Source of the DNA: Octopus sinensis
Taxonomy: Eukaryota
Assembly: GCF_006345805.1 (NCBI RefSeq)
Contig: NC_043008.1
Coordinates: forward strand, 29,574,001 to 29,638,000
DNA: 64,000 nt
Direction of reading: 5' to 3'
Under the pieces are notes generated by a model. That model saw only the letters and a program-made list of their open reading frames with translations. It made no database searches and had not been told where the DNA came from. Shown here in pieces: positions 15,298 through 27,676 of this stretch. Within the stretch, counting starts at the first letter, position 1. The number at the start of each line of letters is the position of its first letter. The translations under genes were made by a program, and so were the position numbers.

Positions 15298-15694
15298 TAA
15301 TGTATATATTGTTATTCTTATTATCATCATTACTAACGTTTATACTTCACAAGAGTTTATACTTTAGTGTCATCGAATCTGTCGTTAGCTATTGTGGTTT
15401 TATTCTCGATTTCCTCCTTTATATATGAGCGAATATTTTTCACTATTGCTGTGCCAAAAATAAAAGTAAAAAACTCAGTTATCGTAATATATTTCCGTTG
15501 TAACAATATCAATATAAACCAATAAAACTAATAACAACGTTTAAAGATAATAGTTTGATGTTCTTTAAAAGTAGATGCTTTGTTAAACAGTAAGTCATTT
15601 TATACTTGGTATGGGAATATGAAAGCAGAGAAATGGTGATAAAACTATTGCAAATCAAACATGCTCTGTTGTTTATTATATCCCAAATATATTA

Positions 15695-15865
15695 GTCGGC
15701 GAGCTGGCAGAACGGTTAACACGCCTGAAGCAGAATGCTGAGTGGCATTTCGTCCGTAGTTACATCTTAGAGGCCAAGTTCTGCTAAGTTCGACTTTTGG
15801 GGTTCAACACAATAAGCACTAGCTGAGTGTTGAGTTCTATGTAAATTGCTACCCCTTGCTAAATT
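15695..15865 (+). mobile_element. SINE family B, diverged
   Basis: gtcggcgagctggcagaacggttaacacgcc head. Confidence 0.7.
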
Positions 15866-16573
15866 TAAAATCCCTATAACTTCATTACATATGTTCAAAT
15901 CGTTTTGGAGGATGTCTAAGAATGTCTTATTGCGTATAACCTTCTAATTTGTCAACCATTTACACCAAAATATGTATAGGTTGTTGACAAATACAAGTAA
16001 ATTATGGATTGTTTGCTTACAATTGCTTTAGTTTCATAAAGGAATATGGCTGTCAATTTGTTTTCTGTTGAATTGTCTTCAAGTCAATTGTTCCTTAAAA
16101 TAAGATAAAAGTAATTTCCTGATAGGGTTAAAAATACTGTATCATTCAAAACACTGACTTGTAATAAAACAAAAATCATATGTGATTATGATCAGTCAAA
16201 ATGTATTGCAAAGATTAATTTTTTTTAAATATTGCTTCTCTAAAAATTAAACACCACTGGTCCATAATATGAATACGGAGGTTAGATTAACAGCAAATTA
16301 CAGATGTAATGTACGCAGAGAGATATAATTAAGCATATGTTACACGCATACGATAGAATTATTTGTAACATTATTAGTAACATATATACGCTTATAAATA
16401 ACAGCAATTTAGCAAAATCGTGTTCTAGCTCCGGAACGTTAATCACAATATAGATCAAATTTCCAGTAAGCTGTCTATGATATTACGCGAATTGCTATTA
16501 GGTTTCATCCACGAATTAAATCATAAGAATTCGTCAGTGATTAGTACAACTTTTCTCGTGAGGAGACTATAAA

Positions 16574-16644
16574 TGCTAACTGTTCACTTTCTTTTTGTAT
16601 TCATTTGTCTAATATCTCTTCCTTTTCTGTCATTTCAGGTAAGT
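16574..16644 (+). other. Strong 3' splice site abutting a perfect 5' splice site (candidate recursive splice site)
   Basis: TGCTAAC branch-like motif at 16574, about 70-nt AG-free pyrimidine tract, then TTTCAG|GTAAGT (AG at 16637-16638). Confidence 0.55.
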
Positions 16645-17621
16645 GAATTATAAAGGAAGTCATATATCATGAGTAGAAACAATGACGGAAGTATACAGAC
16701 ACAAGTCAGGTATTAACATTAAAATATAACACTCTATGAAAAAAAATTTCAGTTCATCACACATGAATGTTAATCCAGATTCTATGAACAAATATAAGTA
16801 TATACACACACATACACACATACACAAACACACACACATACATACATATACATATATATGTATATTTTTACAAATATATAATATATACAGACATATATAA
16901 AATATATATATATGTATATATACATAAAAATAGACACACATGTATTTGTTCTCAAGTATACAAAAACACGTAACTAAAATGTGCATAATTGTAAATTTAT
17001 TCATTATTATACATCTTTATACGTCTTAACACGTTATCATATATGTTCCCAATTATGCATATATGTGTGTGTATACACGATATATATGTGATGTATAAAA
17101 TTGTACATATATATTATTTGTAAACAAACCCAAAGTCTTTATGAGATACGAAAAAAAGCGATTATGAAAGTCTTTTATACCATAATAACTACATTATTAT
17201 ATATCATAATATTAATAATGTATATATATGTACATACACACATGCCCGTTTACTGTGCACAGTAAACACGTCTATCTCGATAAACGTATGGATAATTTCG
17301 CACACTTACACATTCAACATTCTGTTAGTGTGACGATACAATTTAAAATCTAAAAGACGTATATTGATCTAGGTTAACGTAGAGCGTTTTTTTCTGTCAT
17401 ATTACTGCGTAAATATGTGTGTGGTTGCATGTATGGGGTGAGTGTGAGCTCTCTTTACGTTTATTGGCATTTGTGTTTCCAAGGACTAAACAATTTTGTT
17501 AGACATACATGTTTCACTTGTATGTTACTGTCTATGAGAGTTCTGTGTTTGTATTGCTGTTTGAAAGTAAGTATACATTATAAAGAAAACTGTCAATCGA
17601 TATAGCAAACTTACTTACATT

Positions 17622-19139
17622 TTGAAGGATCACAAACCAAATTTTTTTACTAACCCATCATTAAGGCTTATCTGCCCTTCTAGCTCTGACATCGGTATCC
17701 TTAGTAAAAATATACTAGATAAATATATTCCTAATTTAATCAAAACATTAAAACTTAGTTTATGGACTAATTCATTTGAAGTAGTTGACTGGTTTAGTTC
17801 TATTAACAATAAGGTGAGTACAAAGTTTATCCAGTTTGATATTTCCAATTTTTATTCATCTATTAATCCAATAGTACTTAATAAGGCACTTTGGCTTGCT
17901 CATAACAAAGCTGGTCTCACCCGAGAAGAAATTAATGTTGTGTTGGCAGCCAGAAGATCTATTATTAAATTTGATGATAAGTTGTGGGTCCGTAAAGACA
18001 CACCAGATAGTTTCGATATACCAATGGGAAGTTCTGATTCAGCACAGATAGCTTATTTGGTCTGTATACATATTCTTTTTGAAATGGCTGAAGAGTTTCC
18101 TAACATTTATGGAGGTCTATATCGTGATGATTGTTTACTTTACCTCCAAAATGTTTCCAACCAAAAGGTACAAAAACTTAAGGATAGTTTAGTTAATTTT
18201 TTCAGTAGAATGGGCTTAAAAATCGTTTTTGATGACGATCTGACGAAGGCCAACTTTTTAGATATTACGCTTAATTTACACAGTGACTCTTACTTCCCAT
18301 ATCATAAACCGTTGACCAATCTTAAGTACATTAGCAAATTTAGTAATCATCCTGGAGCAATTACTAAGAACTTAGTTAAGAATATTTCATTTAGATTATG
18401 TAAATTATCTACTAATGTTGATATTTTCAATAATAACGCTGAATTCTATAACTCTGCCTCAATCAAAGCAGGTTATACAGAAACAAATTTCTACATTGAT
18501 TCTGCTCAGTCTAATTGTAAATTCAATAATGGAGATAAGATTTCTAGTCGTAAAAGAATTATTGATAACAAACATAACTTACGCGCCGATACAAAGCGAA
18601 TGAAGGCAGATAACCCTTATTTAATTCCCTATTATCGATCTAAGAGTAAATATAACACCTTCAAAAGTAATTACGCTATGATTACTAGTAAAAATATTTG
18701 GTTAATAATTCCTTACGGGAGACAAATTAAATCTAATCTCCTACTGCTGTTTCGTCAAGCTATTGCTGGGAATTTTCCAAAAAATTCTAGATATTACTCT
18801 ATAATCAATTCACATAAGGTTAGGATAGGTTTTTCAAACACAAAAAATCTTTTGCAAATCATATCTTCTCATAATAACAAACTGTTAAATATTAATACAT
18901 TTACTAATACTAACATTAATTTACTTTATACCATCCAACCCTCTAGAAATATTAATAACAAGGTTATTGTATCTGAAGTCAATTCCAATAGAATTAAGTT
19001 TAAGTCAAGTAACTCTAAGATTAAAAATTCTATATACCAGTGTATAATCACTACTCGTAATAAAGTACGATTTTACATTGGAAGCACATCGTTAGAGTTA
19101 TCTTTAAAAATTCTATCGATTACTGAACATTTAGGGTAG
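17622..19139 (+). CDS. PLE reverse transcriptase plus N-terminal half of GIY-YIG endonuclease (505-codon open frame, no true start)
   Basis: Uninterrupted ORF with catalytic Asp residues intact (FDI; YRDD); TTG start is nominal; frame lost just after YIGST. Confidence 0.85.
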   Translation: MKDHKPNFFTNPSLRLICPSSSDIGILSKNILDKYIPNLIKTLKLSLWTNSFEVVDWFSSINNKVSTKFIQFDISNFYSSINPIVLNKALWLAHNKAGLTREEINVVLAARRSIIKFDDKLWVRKDTPDSFDIPMGSSDSAQIAYLVCIHILFEMAEEFPNIYGGLYRDDCLLYLQNVSNQKVQKLKDSLVNFFSRMGLKIVFDDDLTKANFLDITLNLHSDSYFPYHKPLTNLKYISKFSNHPGAITKNLVKNISFRLCKLSTNVDIFNNNAEFYNSASIKAGYTETNFYIDSAQSNCKFNNGDKISSRKRIIDNKHNLRADTKRMKADNPYLIPYYRSKSKYNTFKSNYAMITSKNIWLIIPYGRQIKSNLLLLFRQAIAGNFPKNSRYYSIINSHKVRIGFSNTKNLLQIISSHNNKLLNINTFTNTNINLLYTIQPSRNINNKVIVSEVNSNRIKFKSSNSKIKNSIYQCIITTRNKVRFYIGSTSLELSLKILSITEHLG

Positions 19140-19389
19140 AAATAAACGGAATAGTACCGGTCTCAGCAAACTGATTTGGGATTTAAAAGACCACAATGAA
19201 CAATTTCATTCAGAATGGTCGATCCTCTCAATTTCGATACCATATGACAAAGGCAAGAAATTCTGTCTTCTCTGTAATTCTGAGCTATTTTTCATTATTT
19301 TTTCTAAAAATACTCTAGTAAACACGGTTATAGAGCGAGCATACAGATGTAAGCATTGGAAAAAACATACATTTAGTGCATATAAGTAG
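19135..19389 (+). pseudogene. Frameshifted C-terminal half of the PLE GIY-YIG endonuclease
   Basis: Other frame reads NKRNSTGLSKLIWDLKDHN...WSIL...PYDKGKKFCLLCNSE...YRCKHWKK, stop at 19387-19389. Confidence 0.88.
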
Positions 19390-19589
19390 TCTCTATCATT
19401 ATATATAATTTAAACCTTAATTTCCTTTATATTTAACATTCACTATTAATATCCTTACTCTTTCTGTTAGCTACTTATGACGTTATATCATATAACGTTT
19501 TTTAAACAATATTAATAGCGTTCTGTCTATCGCTATACAAATACATCATTTTTTGCTAAAATGTCTTATGGACGAGTTTCGTTTTTTTC

Positions 19590-19675
19590 ACTTTCCTGAG
19601 GAGAAGTTTGCATTGTTTATACCATTTATTCTTTTGAATAGTTTCAGTGGAATTTTCGAAACATGTGTCGAAAGT
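19590..19675 (+). ncRNA. Type I hammerhead ribozyme motif in the PLE pseudo-LTR
   Basis: Stem I ACTTTC/GAAAGT; CTGAGGA 19596-19602; imperfect long stem II closed by G-C; GAAA 19658-19661; C-ATGT-G; GUC 19667-19669. Confidence 0.8.
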
Positions 19676-19954
19676 AAAAATATTTGATTACACCTGCGTT
19701 AACTCCATTTTTTATTCATATTATTCAAAATATTCAACATAAATATGAAGTTTCTACCTTTATAAACAAGGAGTTACAACACCTTTACTTGTGAGATTTT
19801 TGCTGCCCTGGTAACTATTTATTTATTTTTCCGTGTTAATTGTTAACAAGGTAAAAATACACTTATCTATTTATATATATATATATGTGTCTGTGTGTGT
19901 GTGTGTGTGCGTGCGTGTGTGTGTCTGTGGATATACATCCATAATCCAGTTCTA

Positions 19955-20122
19955 TATTTAAGAGAAGAGGAATTATGTACTTTATTTACATAATTTACAA
20001 TTGACAGGTATTTGTCCTCATCTTCTTTCTTGTTAACACCACGTTTCGGCTGATATACCCACCGGCCTTCATCAGGTGCCTTCAGGAAATTTCGAACCTG
20101 GTTGTCATTCCTAAAGTATTCT
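19955..20122 (-). mobile_element. Non-autonomous PLE pLTR-type repeat with minimal HH-like motif
   Basis: Minus strand ggcac-CTGATGA-A-GGC...GCC-GAAA-CGTG-GTGTT; a GUG triplet predicts poor cleavage. Confidence 0.75.
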
Positions 20123-20124
20123 TC

Positions 20125-20152
20125 GTTGTTGTTGTTGTTGTTGTTGTTGTTG

Positions 20153-20205
<53 letters not shown>

Positions 20206-20233
20206 GTTGTTATTATTATTGTTATTATTATTA

Positions 20234-20279
<46 letters not shown>

Positions 20280-20302
20280 CATTATTATTATTATTATTAT
20301 TA
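20125..20302. repeat. (TTG)n-(TTA)n microsatellite
   Basis: Directly visible. Confidence 0.97.
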
Positions 20303-20432
20303 CAACAACATTGAAAAATACCTTAGGGATGAGAACCCAGTTTCGAAATTTCCCCAAGACACCTGAGATGAGGTTGGGGAGTATATCAAGCGAAACTTAG
20401 TGTTAAAATCAAACAAGATGAGGACAAATAGT
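20303..20432 (+). mobile_element. Second copy of the same pLTR-type repeat, inverted relative to 19955-20122
   Basis: gaaaaataccttagggatgagaaccc...gacac-CTGAGATGA-ggttg...caagc-GAAA-ctta-gtgtt...gatgaggacaaat. Confidence 0.75.
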
Positions 20433-20834
20433 GTATATATATATATATATATGAACACACACATCTTTATTCCTATTTCTTTCGTTACAAGTGAATAAAT
20501 GAGAGAGGTGTCCATAGTGGACTGGAACATTGATTTGACATACTTGTGCCTTCGCATGTCATAAGGTTAATGTTTCACGACTTCTATTCGATGAAATCAG
20601 GTCATACAGGGGTAACATATTTAAGATCTTAGTCGAACAAATCTACCTAATTACTACTTTATTAAGTATGCTACTTATTCTAAAGCAAGACGCTGTGAAG
20701 CAGTGTCAGGGGACAAGAGCAACACAAGAAGAAAAACAGACCCACATACACACACATAGATATTATATATATACACACACAAGTACATACACATAATTAT
20801 GTATATATACATACGGTTATATATACATATATAT

Positions 20835-21174
20835 CTTTTACTCTTTTACTTGTTTCAGTCATTTGAGTGCGGCCATGCTGGAGCACCGCCTTTAATCGAG
20901 CAACTCGACCCCGGGCCTTATTCTTTTGTAAGCTCAGTACTTACTCTATCGGTATCTTTTGCCGAACCGCTAAGTAACGGGGACATAAACACACCAGCAA
21001 TGCTAGGGGGACAAACACACACACGTATATATATATATACATATATACGACGGGCTTCTTTCAGTTTCCGTCTACCAAATCCACTCACAAGGTTTTGGTC
21101 GGTCCGAGGCTATAGCAGAAGGCACTTGCCCAAAGTGCCACGCAATCTACTTACAGCACAGCCACTCCTGCGCC
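20835..21174 (-). mobile_element. SINE family A with a deletion in the tRNA-like head
   Basis: Full tail (cttgtttcagtcatttg..., ccgaaccgctaag) and CORE-like block cacttgcccaaagtgccacgca. Confidence 0.9.
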
Positions 21175-21834
21175 TATACATAAATATACATATACATAAA
21201 TATACATAAATTATATATATATGCATATACATAAAAATATGTAAATTAAACATGTGTATTTGTATAAATATATATGTGTGCGCGTGTGTATAAAGATATA
21301 CACACTCACATACCCAGCGATGAGTATATCCATAAAAAGTTATATACACCCAGACACGCATACGTACATACATACACACATAAATACACATAAACATGCA
21401 TATCGAATGGAAAAAAGACGTGTATATATATAGGCAGGTGTTTTCGTCAATGCATTGCCATGTGGTTCAGGAAATTGCGTTTCAATCAAGAGATGTATTG
21501 TTCCTTCCTATCTCGTGTCACCTTGGGAAAATTAACTCTAAAATATTCCGGGCCCATTCAATGCCATTTGAGTGAATTTTGTGGCGGTGGAAGCTTATAT
21601 ATATATATATATATATTAATATATATTTCTTTTTGTATGCCTTTGACTATCATTATAATCCTACACCGCTCGGTAAAATTCTATTGTTCACGCAATACAC
21701 CGGTTTGTCAAAAGCTATCGATACAATATGGGCCAAACAAATGTGAATATTGGGTTCAATCTGTTCGATGATTGAGAGATGTAGAAGATAAAACACACAC
21801 ACACACACAGAGATAGGTAGATAAATAGATATAT

Positions 21835-21837
21835 ATG

Positions 21838-21925
<88 letters not shown>
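21835..21925. repeat. (TA)n microsatellite
   Basis: Directly visible. Confidence 0.95.
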
Positions 21926-21934
<9 letters not shown>

Positions 21935-22263
21935 GTATTATGTATTTATTTATCTTTCTAACTATCTATATCTATAGTAACCAATGAAATTCCAACTTAG
22001 TCTGATATTCCCGCGTTATTATCTGCAAATTTTACAGTTTTACAGTGTTACAACTTTTCGATATTAATAAAGCTAGTACTTTCATGCGTAACACAACCGT
22101 CATGTTTATGTAGTAAGCGTCATGTTGACAAATATAGTGGAATGATTTGTGTTCCAAATACACTCCGATGTGTTCCAGCAAGCTGAATTTAAATGATGCA
22201 TTATTCTTTACATAATCAAGCAAAATCGGATATATATATATATAGTCACATATGCGAGTATAT

Positions 22264-22297
<34 letters not shown>

Positions 22298-22310
22298 GTC
22301 ACATATGCGA

Positions 22311-22353
<43 letters not shown>

Positions 22354-23909
22354 TGGGTGTATGTACATTTGTATATATGTATATTTACTTGTCTATAAAT
22401 GTACATACGTGTTTGCAAAACACACACACGCCGATATATACATACACATACATATATACAAATCATTACAGCACTGATACTATCACAGAATTGTAAAGGT
22501 ATGCATATAATCACAGATTCCCGCTTTGTTATATTTGTGATTGTGCTTTTACGCAAACAGAACAGATTATGTGTTTATGTCTCTATACATATACATGCTA
22601 AAGAATCATACTTTATGATTAATATTTGTATCATTATTTTTTATATATTTTGTTGGTATTATTACCTTTTCCTATGACATTTCCAATTGATAAAATTATT
22701 TTCTTACTTTCACTATTTATACTTATATTAAAGAAATAATCTTCATCATTATTACTATAAATATCATAATTTTTTACTTATATTACTACTATTTCTATTG
22801 TTATTAATACTTCTATTTTATTCTCTTTTTACTATTAATGGATAATTACATTTTATTACCAATTTCTGTTTTTTCCTTTTTTTGTAATTATTTGTGTAAT
22901 ACCATTACTATTTGTTAATACCTAAATATATAGGTAATTATGTATAAACGTATGTATTTATGTGTATGCTTATATAAAATTAATATGTGGTATATCAAAT
23001 GCGTATGGGTCTAATATAGCTATGCATGTAAGTACCAGTATATGTGAGCATATGTGTGTCTGGGTCTCACAATTATTAATTATTTTTAAGTCGATTTAAT
23101 TAGATTAGTTATATTTATGGTTATATGGTTAAAATTTATAATGTAAATCTCCCGGTTACTCTCATTAACACTATCACAGATTTCTTGCCGCCACCACTAA
23201 TTATGGATTCTAGCTTGTGTATTTTGTGTATTTGAATTTTGTTAATTTCCATGTACATTTGTCTGTTAAAATGGTTCCTATACCTTAATTTGTCAATTCT
23301 TTTTAGATAATTATCATGCTCACGATATACGTGTTACTGTGCATATGACGTTCTGTGTGAGTCTATAATATAAAGCATGTCCTAGAATTAACTATTTATT
23401 TCTATGAAATAGGGTAGATTTCGAAATCAAACTGACAAAATATTTTCCATTACTTAAATATGATACCAAAACAAATAAATATATAAATCTTAAAATCAAA
23501 ATTTCATTGAAAAATTTCAATATGTACTCCGTCTGTATCCCAGCAAATTTCAGATCTACTCTTAGCATTGCAAAACATATTTTCAAGCATTTCAGGAAAT
23601 ATCTCCTGTTCTGCAAACAAAATTATTGTTGCTAAAGTTCAACTAAATTATTGCTCCATCCTAGAAATGGAGTTAAAGAGCATGATTGCAGCCAAAATGA
23701 TTTGAAACCCCCCAAAAAATAAAGGAAAACGCTGTCGTGGACAGATAAATGGAATCCAGCAGGGATGAATTGAAATTATATACACTATAGAAATTATAAA
23801 ATTGCAAACGAAACTAAAGATTCCTGCACTTTTGACACATATGAACCATGATAAACATAAATAGAATTGAGCATTTAAAATGCCCGATTTTACTGAAATG
23901 CTGAAATGG

Positions 23910-25395
23910 ATAGATCAAAATCAGTCACCACTATCGCCTCAACACACCACTACTCTCATATCATCACATGGTTATCTGCGATCTGAGAATCTACCATCAA
24001 AAGATAAAATCCAGTGACATCTCACCATTCCATCCATTTGACACTACGGATGTTCATAATGCAGACTGGGATGCGATCAACCATTGTCTTTCACAAGTTG
24101 ATTGGGTCTTCACACACGCACACACCCCACCATCATACATCATGGCAGACATTTGTTGATACTGTAACAAATATATGCGCAAAACATACTCCGTTAAGAT
24201 CAGTATACATATGTAATTGCAGAAACCCTAGAAATAGAAGAGCAATTATCAAAAAAATAAAAAAAGAACAAAGAAATCAGCCAACTTAAATACTGCCAGC
24301 AGCAATGCACCCATTCGACTGATATTGTATTACACGGATCGAAAAAACACAACCTCCAAGAAAACATGATGATCATCGTTAACAGACAAAGAGAAGCCGA
24401 GGAGAGTTGGGCCATTGAGAAAATAAAACTCAACACGAAAATGTTTTGTTCATTTGCAAAAAAACAAAGGCGCTGCTTTCACTGTTCGTCCTCTGGTTGA
24501 TGAGAACAACATTCTACATGATGATGCCAAATCCATGTGCGAGTTACTGCAGAGACAATACTGCTCTGCCTTCATTAATGCTTATGCAGTTGATCTGGCT
24601 AGTATCAGTAATGCAAACCCTCAACTAACCATATCTGACATAAATTTTGATGCTCATGATATCCTCCCAGAAATAGATAACATCAAGCACAACTCGGCAG
24701 TAGGTCTCGATAAGTTCCCATCCACTGTCCTGAAGATGTGGTGACATCAAATAGCAACCCCTCTAATTGAACTCTGAAGAAACTCACTTGATGTAGGCTA
24801 CATTCCTAATCATTTTCTTTACAAGTCTAGTCTCCAAACATGGAAACAAATTTCTTGCAGTGAACTACCATCCGATTTCACTCACTTATATTATTTAAAT
24901 ATTTGAGAGGGTGGTGAGATCACGAATAACTCACTTCCTCGAAGACAACAAAATGCTGAACCCTAACCAGCATGGTTTTCCGTGATGGCAAGGAATGCCT
25001 GTCGCAGCTTCTGCACCATTTTGATGACTTCTTAAAATCGTTAGGAAAAGGCTCCAACACTGACGTCATATACCTTGATTTTAGGAAGTCTTTTGACAGA
25101 GTGGACCACAGAATCCTGCTGAAGAAAACGTCCAACGTTGGAGTCGGTGGAAAGCTGCTGCAGTGGATAAAGTGTTTCCTGACGAACAGAATCTAACATG
25201 ATCTGCTTGAAGGAATACGATCCAACTCTGCAAGTGACAGTAGTGCTCTTGCACAAGCTACTGTGTTGAGACCACTCCTCTTCATTATTTACATGAACGA
25301 CATTGTAGACGTCATCAAACTTCTACATTGAAAACCTTTGCAGATGATTCCAAACTCCAGAAAGCCATAAACAGCATGGAAGACCCAGCAATAGT
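23910..25395 (+). mobile_element. CR1-like LINE fragment (end of APE, tether and RT), decayed
   Basis: ADWDAIN..LS.VDW; NPNQHGF, CLSQLL, DVIYLDFRKSFDRVDHRILLKK, GKLLQWIKCFL, PLLFIIYMND, FADDSKL; several stops and frameshifts. Confidence 0.9.
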
Positions 25396-25799
25396 GCTCC
25401 AAGATTTCGGAGGAATATGATACCACCACATGCCCACATTTGGGTCCTTAATTATGTGTTAATTAGCATGAGAAGAATTGGTAGGACTTCCTTCGAGGAA
25501 AATGGAAACACGTAAAAAAGAAAACGTGAGCTCTCCCTCAACCCCACACTGTATTTATAAGTAATGGCGGGAAACATACAAAGCATGCACCCCCTCTCTC
25601 ACCTTTCCTGGCTTTCTCTTCTTTCTCACTTTCTCCCTTCTTTTACGTTACTCTGTTCCTTTCCTTTTTTCTCGTCGCTCCTTAATTCTTCTATCCTTCT
25701 GCCTCTACATCTCTCCCCTCTCTCCACACACTCCAGCTTAATTTAATTCGTCTTTAGTCGAAAGAAACCTGTGGTTAGTCCTATTATTTGCATTTGTAT

Positions 25800-26060
25800 T
25801 TGTGTACCATTTCTCTGTTTTGTCGTGCTTCCTTTCGTATACATTCGCTGCTTTCGTCCAAGGAAGCTAGTGCTCTTAGCTTAGATTTTCCTTGGAACTA
25901 ACCAGATTGGTGCAATCTCGAGTATAACCAACCGAAATGTCAAAGATAATCTGGAACTCGAAAGAAAACTCCGAATGACACGTCCTTGTTTTCTTGATTC
26001 TTCTTGTCTCTCTTTTCTATCATCTGTCTGGATGTTTTGCGTTCTTGCCCCATTTTTTGT
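25800..26060 (+). mobile_element. Degenerate pLTR-like repeat; HH core missing
   Basis: Hairpin ccaaggaa/ttccttgg followed by gattggt...accaacc-GAAA-TGTC-AAAG; no CUGANGA. Confidence 0.35.
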
Positions 26061-26928
26061 ATTACTTTACACACACACACACATATATATATATATATGT
26101 GTGTGTGTGTGCGTGCGTGTGCGTGTGTGTGTGATATTTATAATCTAGAAATACTTCTATTTCCACACATATCTATATGTGTGTGTGTTTACCGATACAC
26201 ACATATACACTCACACAGAGAGTAACATATACACATCTATATACAGGTAGTTATTTTTGTGCTAGACATTTAATGTGACTCATCCCCTATCTATGTCCAA
26301 GTGATAAGATGTTTATGCCTGCATTATATATACACGCTAATCTATAATAGCTATGACACCATATTACCCACTTTTTGCTAATACAATTTTTTGTGAATAT
26401 ACTTTTACAAAACCTCCCAGCAATGATATTTATAACAATCTTAAGTATTACATCATTGTGTATTTATATGTGTGCGTAAACATGTAGTTGCACAATCGTG
26501 GATGGCTTATGTGAATGCGTGTGCAAGTGAGTGTATATGTGTTTCTTTGCATGGGCGTGTGCTTGTACGTGCTTGTGCGTGTATGTGTGTGTTTTGCATA
26601 TGTATATACCCATATATAATTAGTGAACACCCATGATTACATGCATACACATGTATGCTTATAAAAGTGTATTTTATAACTTAATGTCCCAACATATATT
26701 ATAGGCGCCTTTTCTGTATTGGTGTGACTATGTTGTACATATACTAGGCATATTGCTGTACTGTTAGTTTAGGTGTACATTAAGAGGATGTGTAGTCTTG
26801 TTCGTGTCTATGCATGTAAATTTGAGTATACGTGTATGTATGAGGTTATATTTGTATATACCGCAAGCACACACATATGTATATACACATATAGAGAAAC
26901 ATATAGATAGATAGATAGATAGATAGAG

Positions 26929-26975
<47 letters not shown>

Positions 26976-27096
26976 GATATAGATAAGTGTACATGTTTGT
27001 GCGTATTTGCAATATGTGTAGCACCGTGCACGTGTGTGTATATCTGTCTATATGCATATGTCCGTGTGTTAGGGTGTTTCTTTGTTTATCTATGAT

Positions 27097-27161
<65 letters not shown>

Positions 27162-27638
27162 GTGTGTGTGTGTGGTGTGTGTGCGTGTGTGTGTGTATAT
27201 ATACCTCTTCTTACTTACATGGCATATGTATCTTATACATATCTTCTCTATATTGCCTTCTTTATTCTCCGAAGAGCCATTGGCTTGACAAAGAAAACAA
27301 ACTATATTTTGTTAAACTCACGCTTATGTATTGAATACATATTCTTTCTCAGACTCATCTTTGAATTCTGTATTCTAAGAGGCCAGATAAACTTTCATTC
27401 TCTTCGAAACTCATATTTATATACCTGATACATACTTACACAAACACACACACATACATATATACATATAGGTAGAGAGAGAAATACAAATATATATATA
27501 TATATGTATATACATATGTATATATATATATATACATATGCATTTGTGTATACATAATACACATGGACACGTGAATTACTTAGATACATATGTCTTATTG
27601 TGTATAAAGATATGTATATATATGTGTGTGTGTTCCTG

Positions 27639-27676
<38 letters not shown>

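Larger units (their letters stand above)
17574..19720 (+). mobile_element. Penelope-like retroelement (Nematis-like, C-terminal GIY-YIG), 5'-truncated, with 3' pseudo-LTR
   Basis: LKDHKPNF...RLI.P, FDISNFYSSI, DIPMGS.D.A, GLYRDD, NFLDITLNL, SNHP; endonuclease IYQC...YIGST; pLTR with hammerhead at 19590-19675. Confidence 0.93.
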
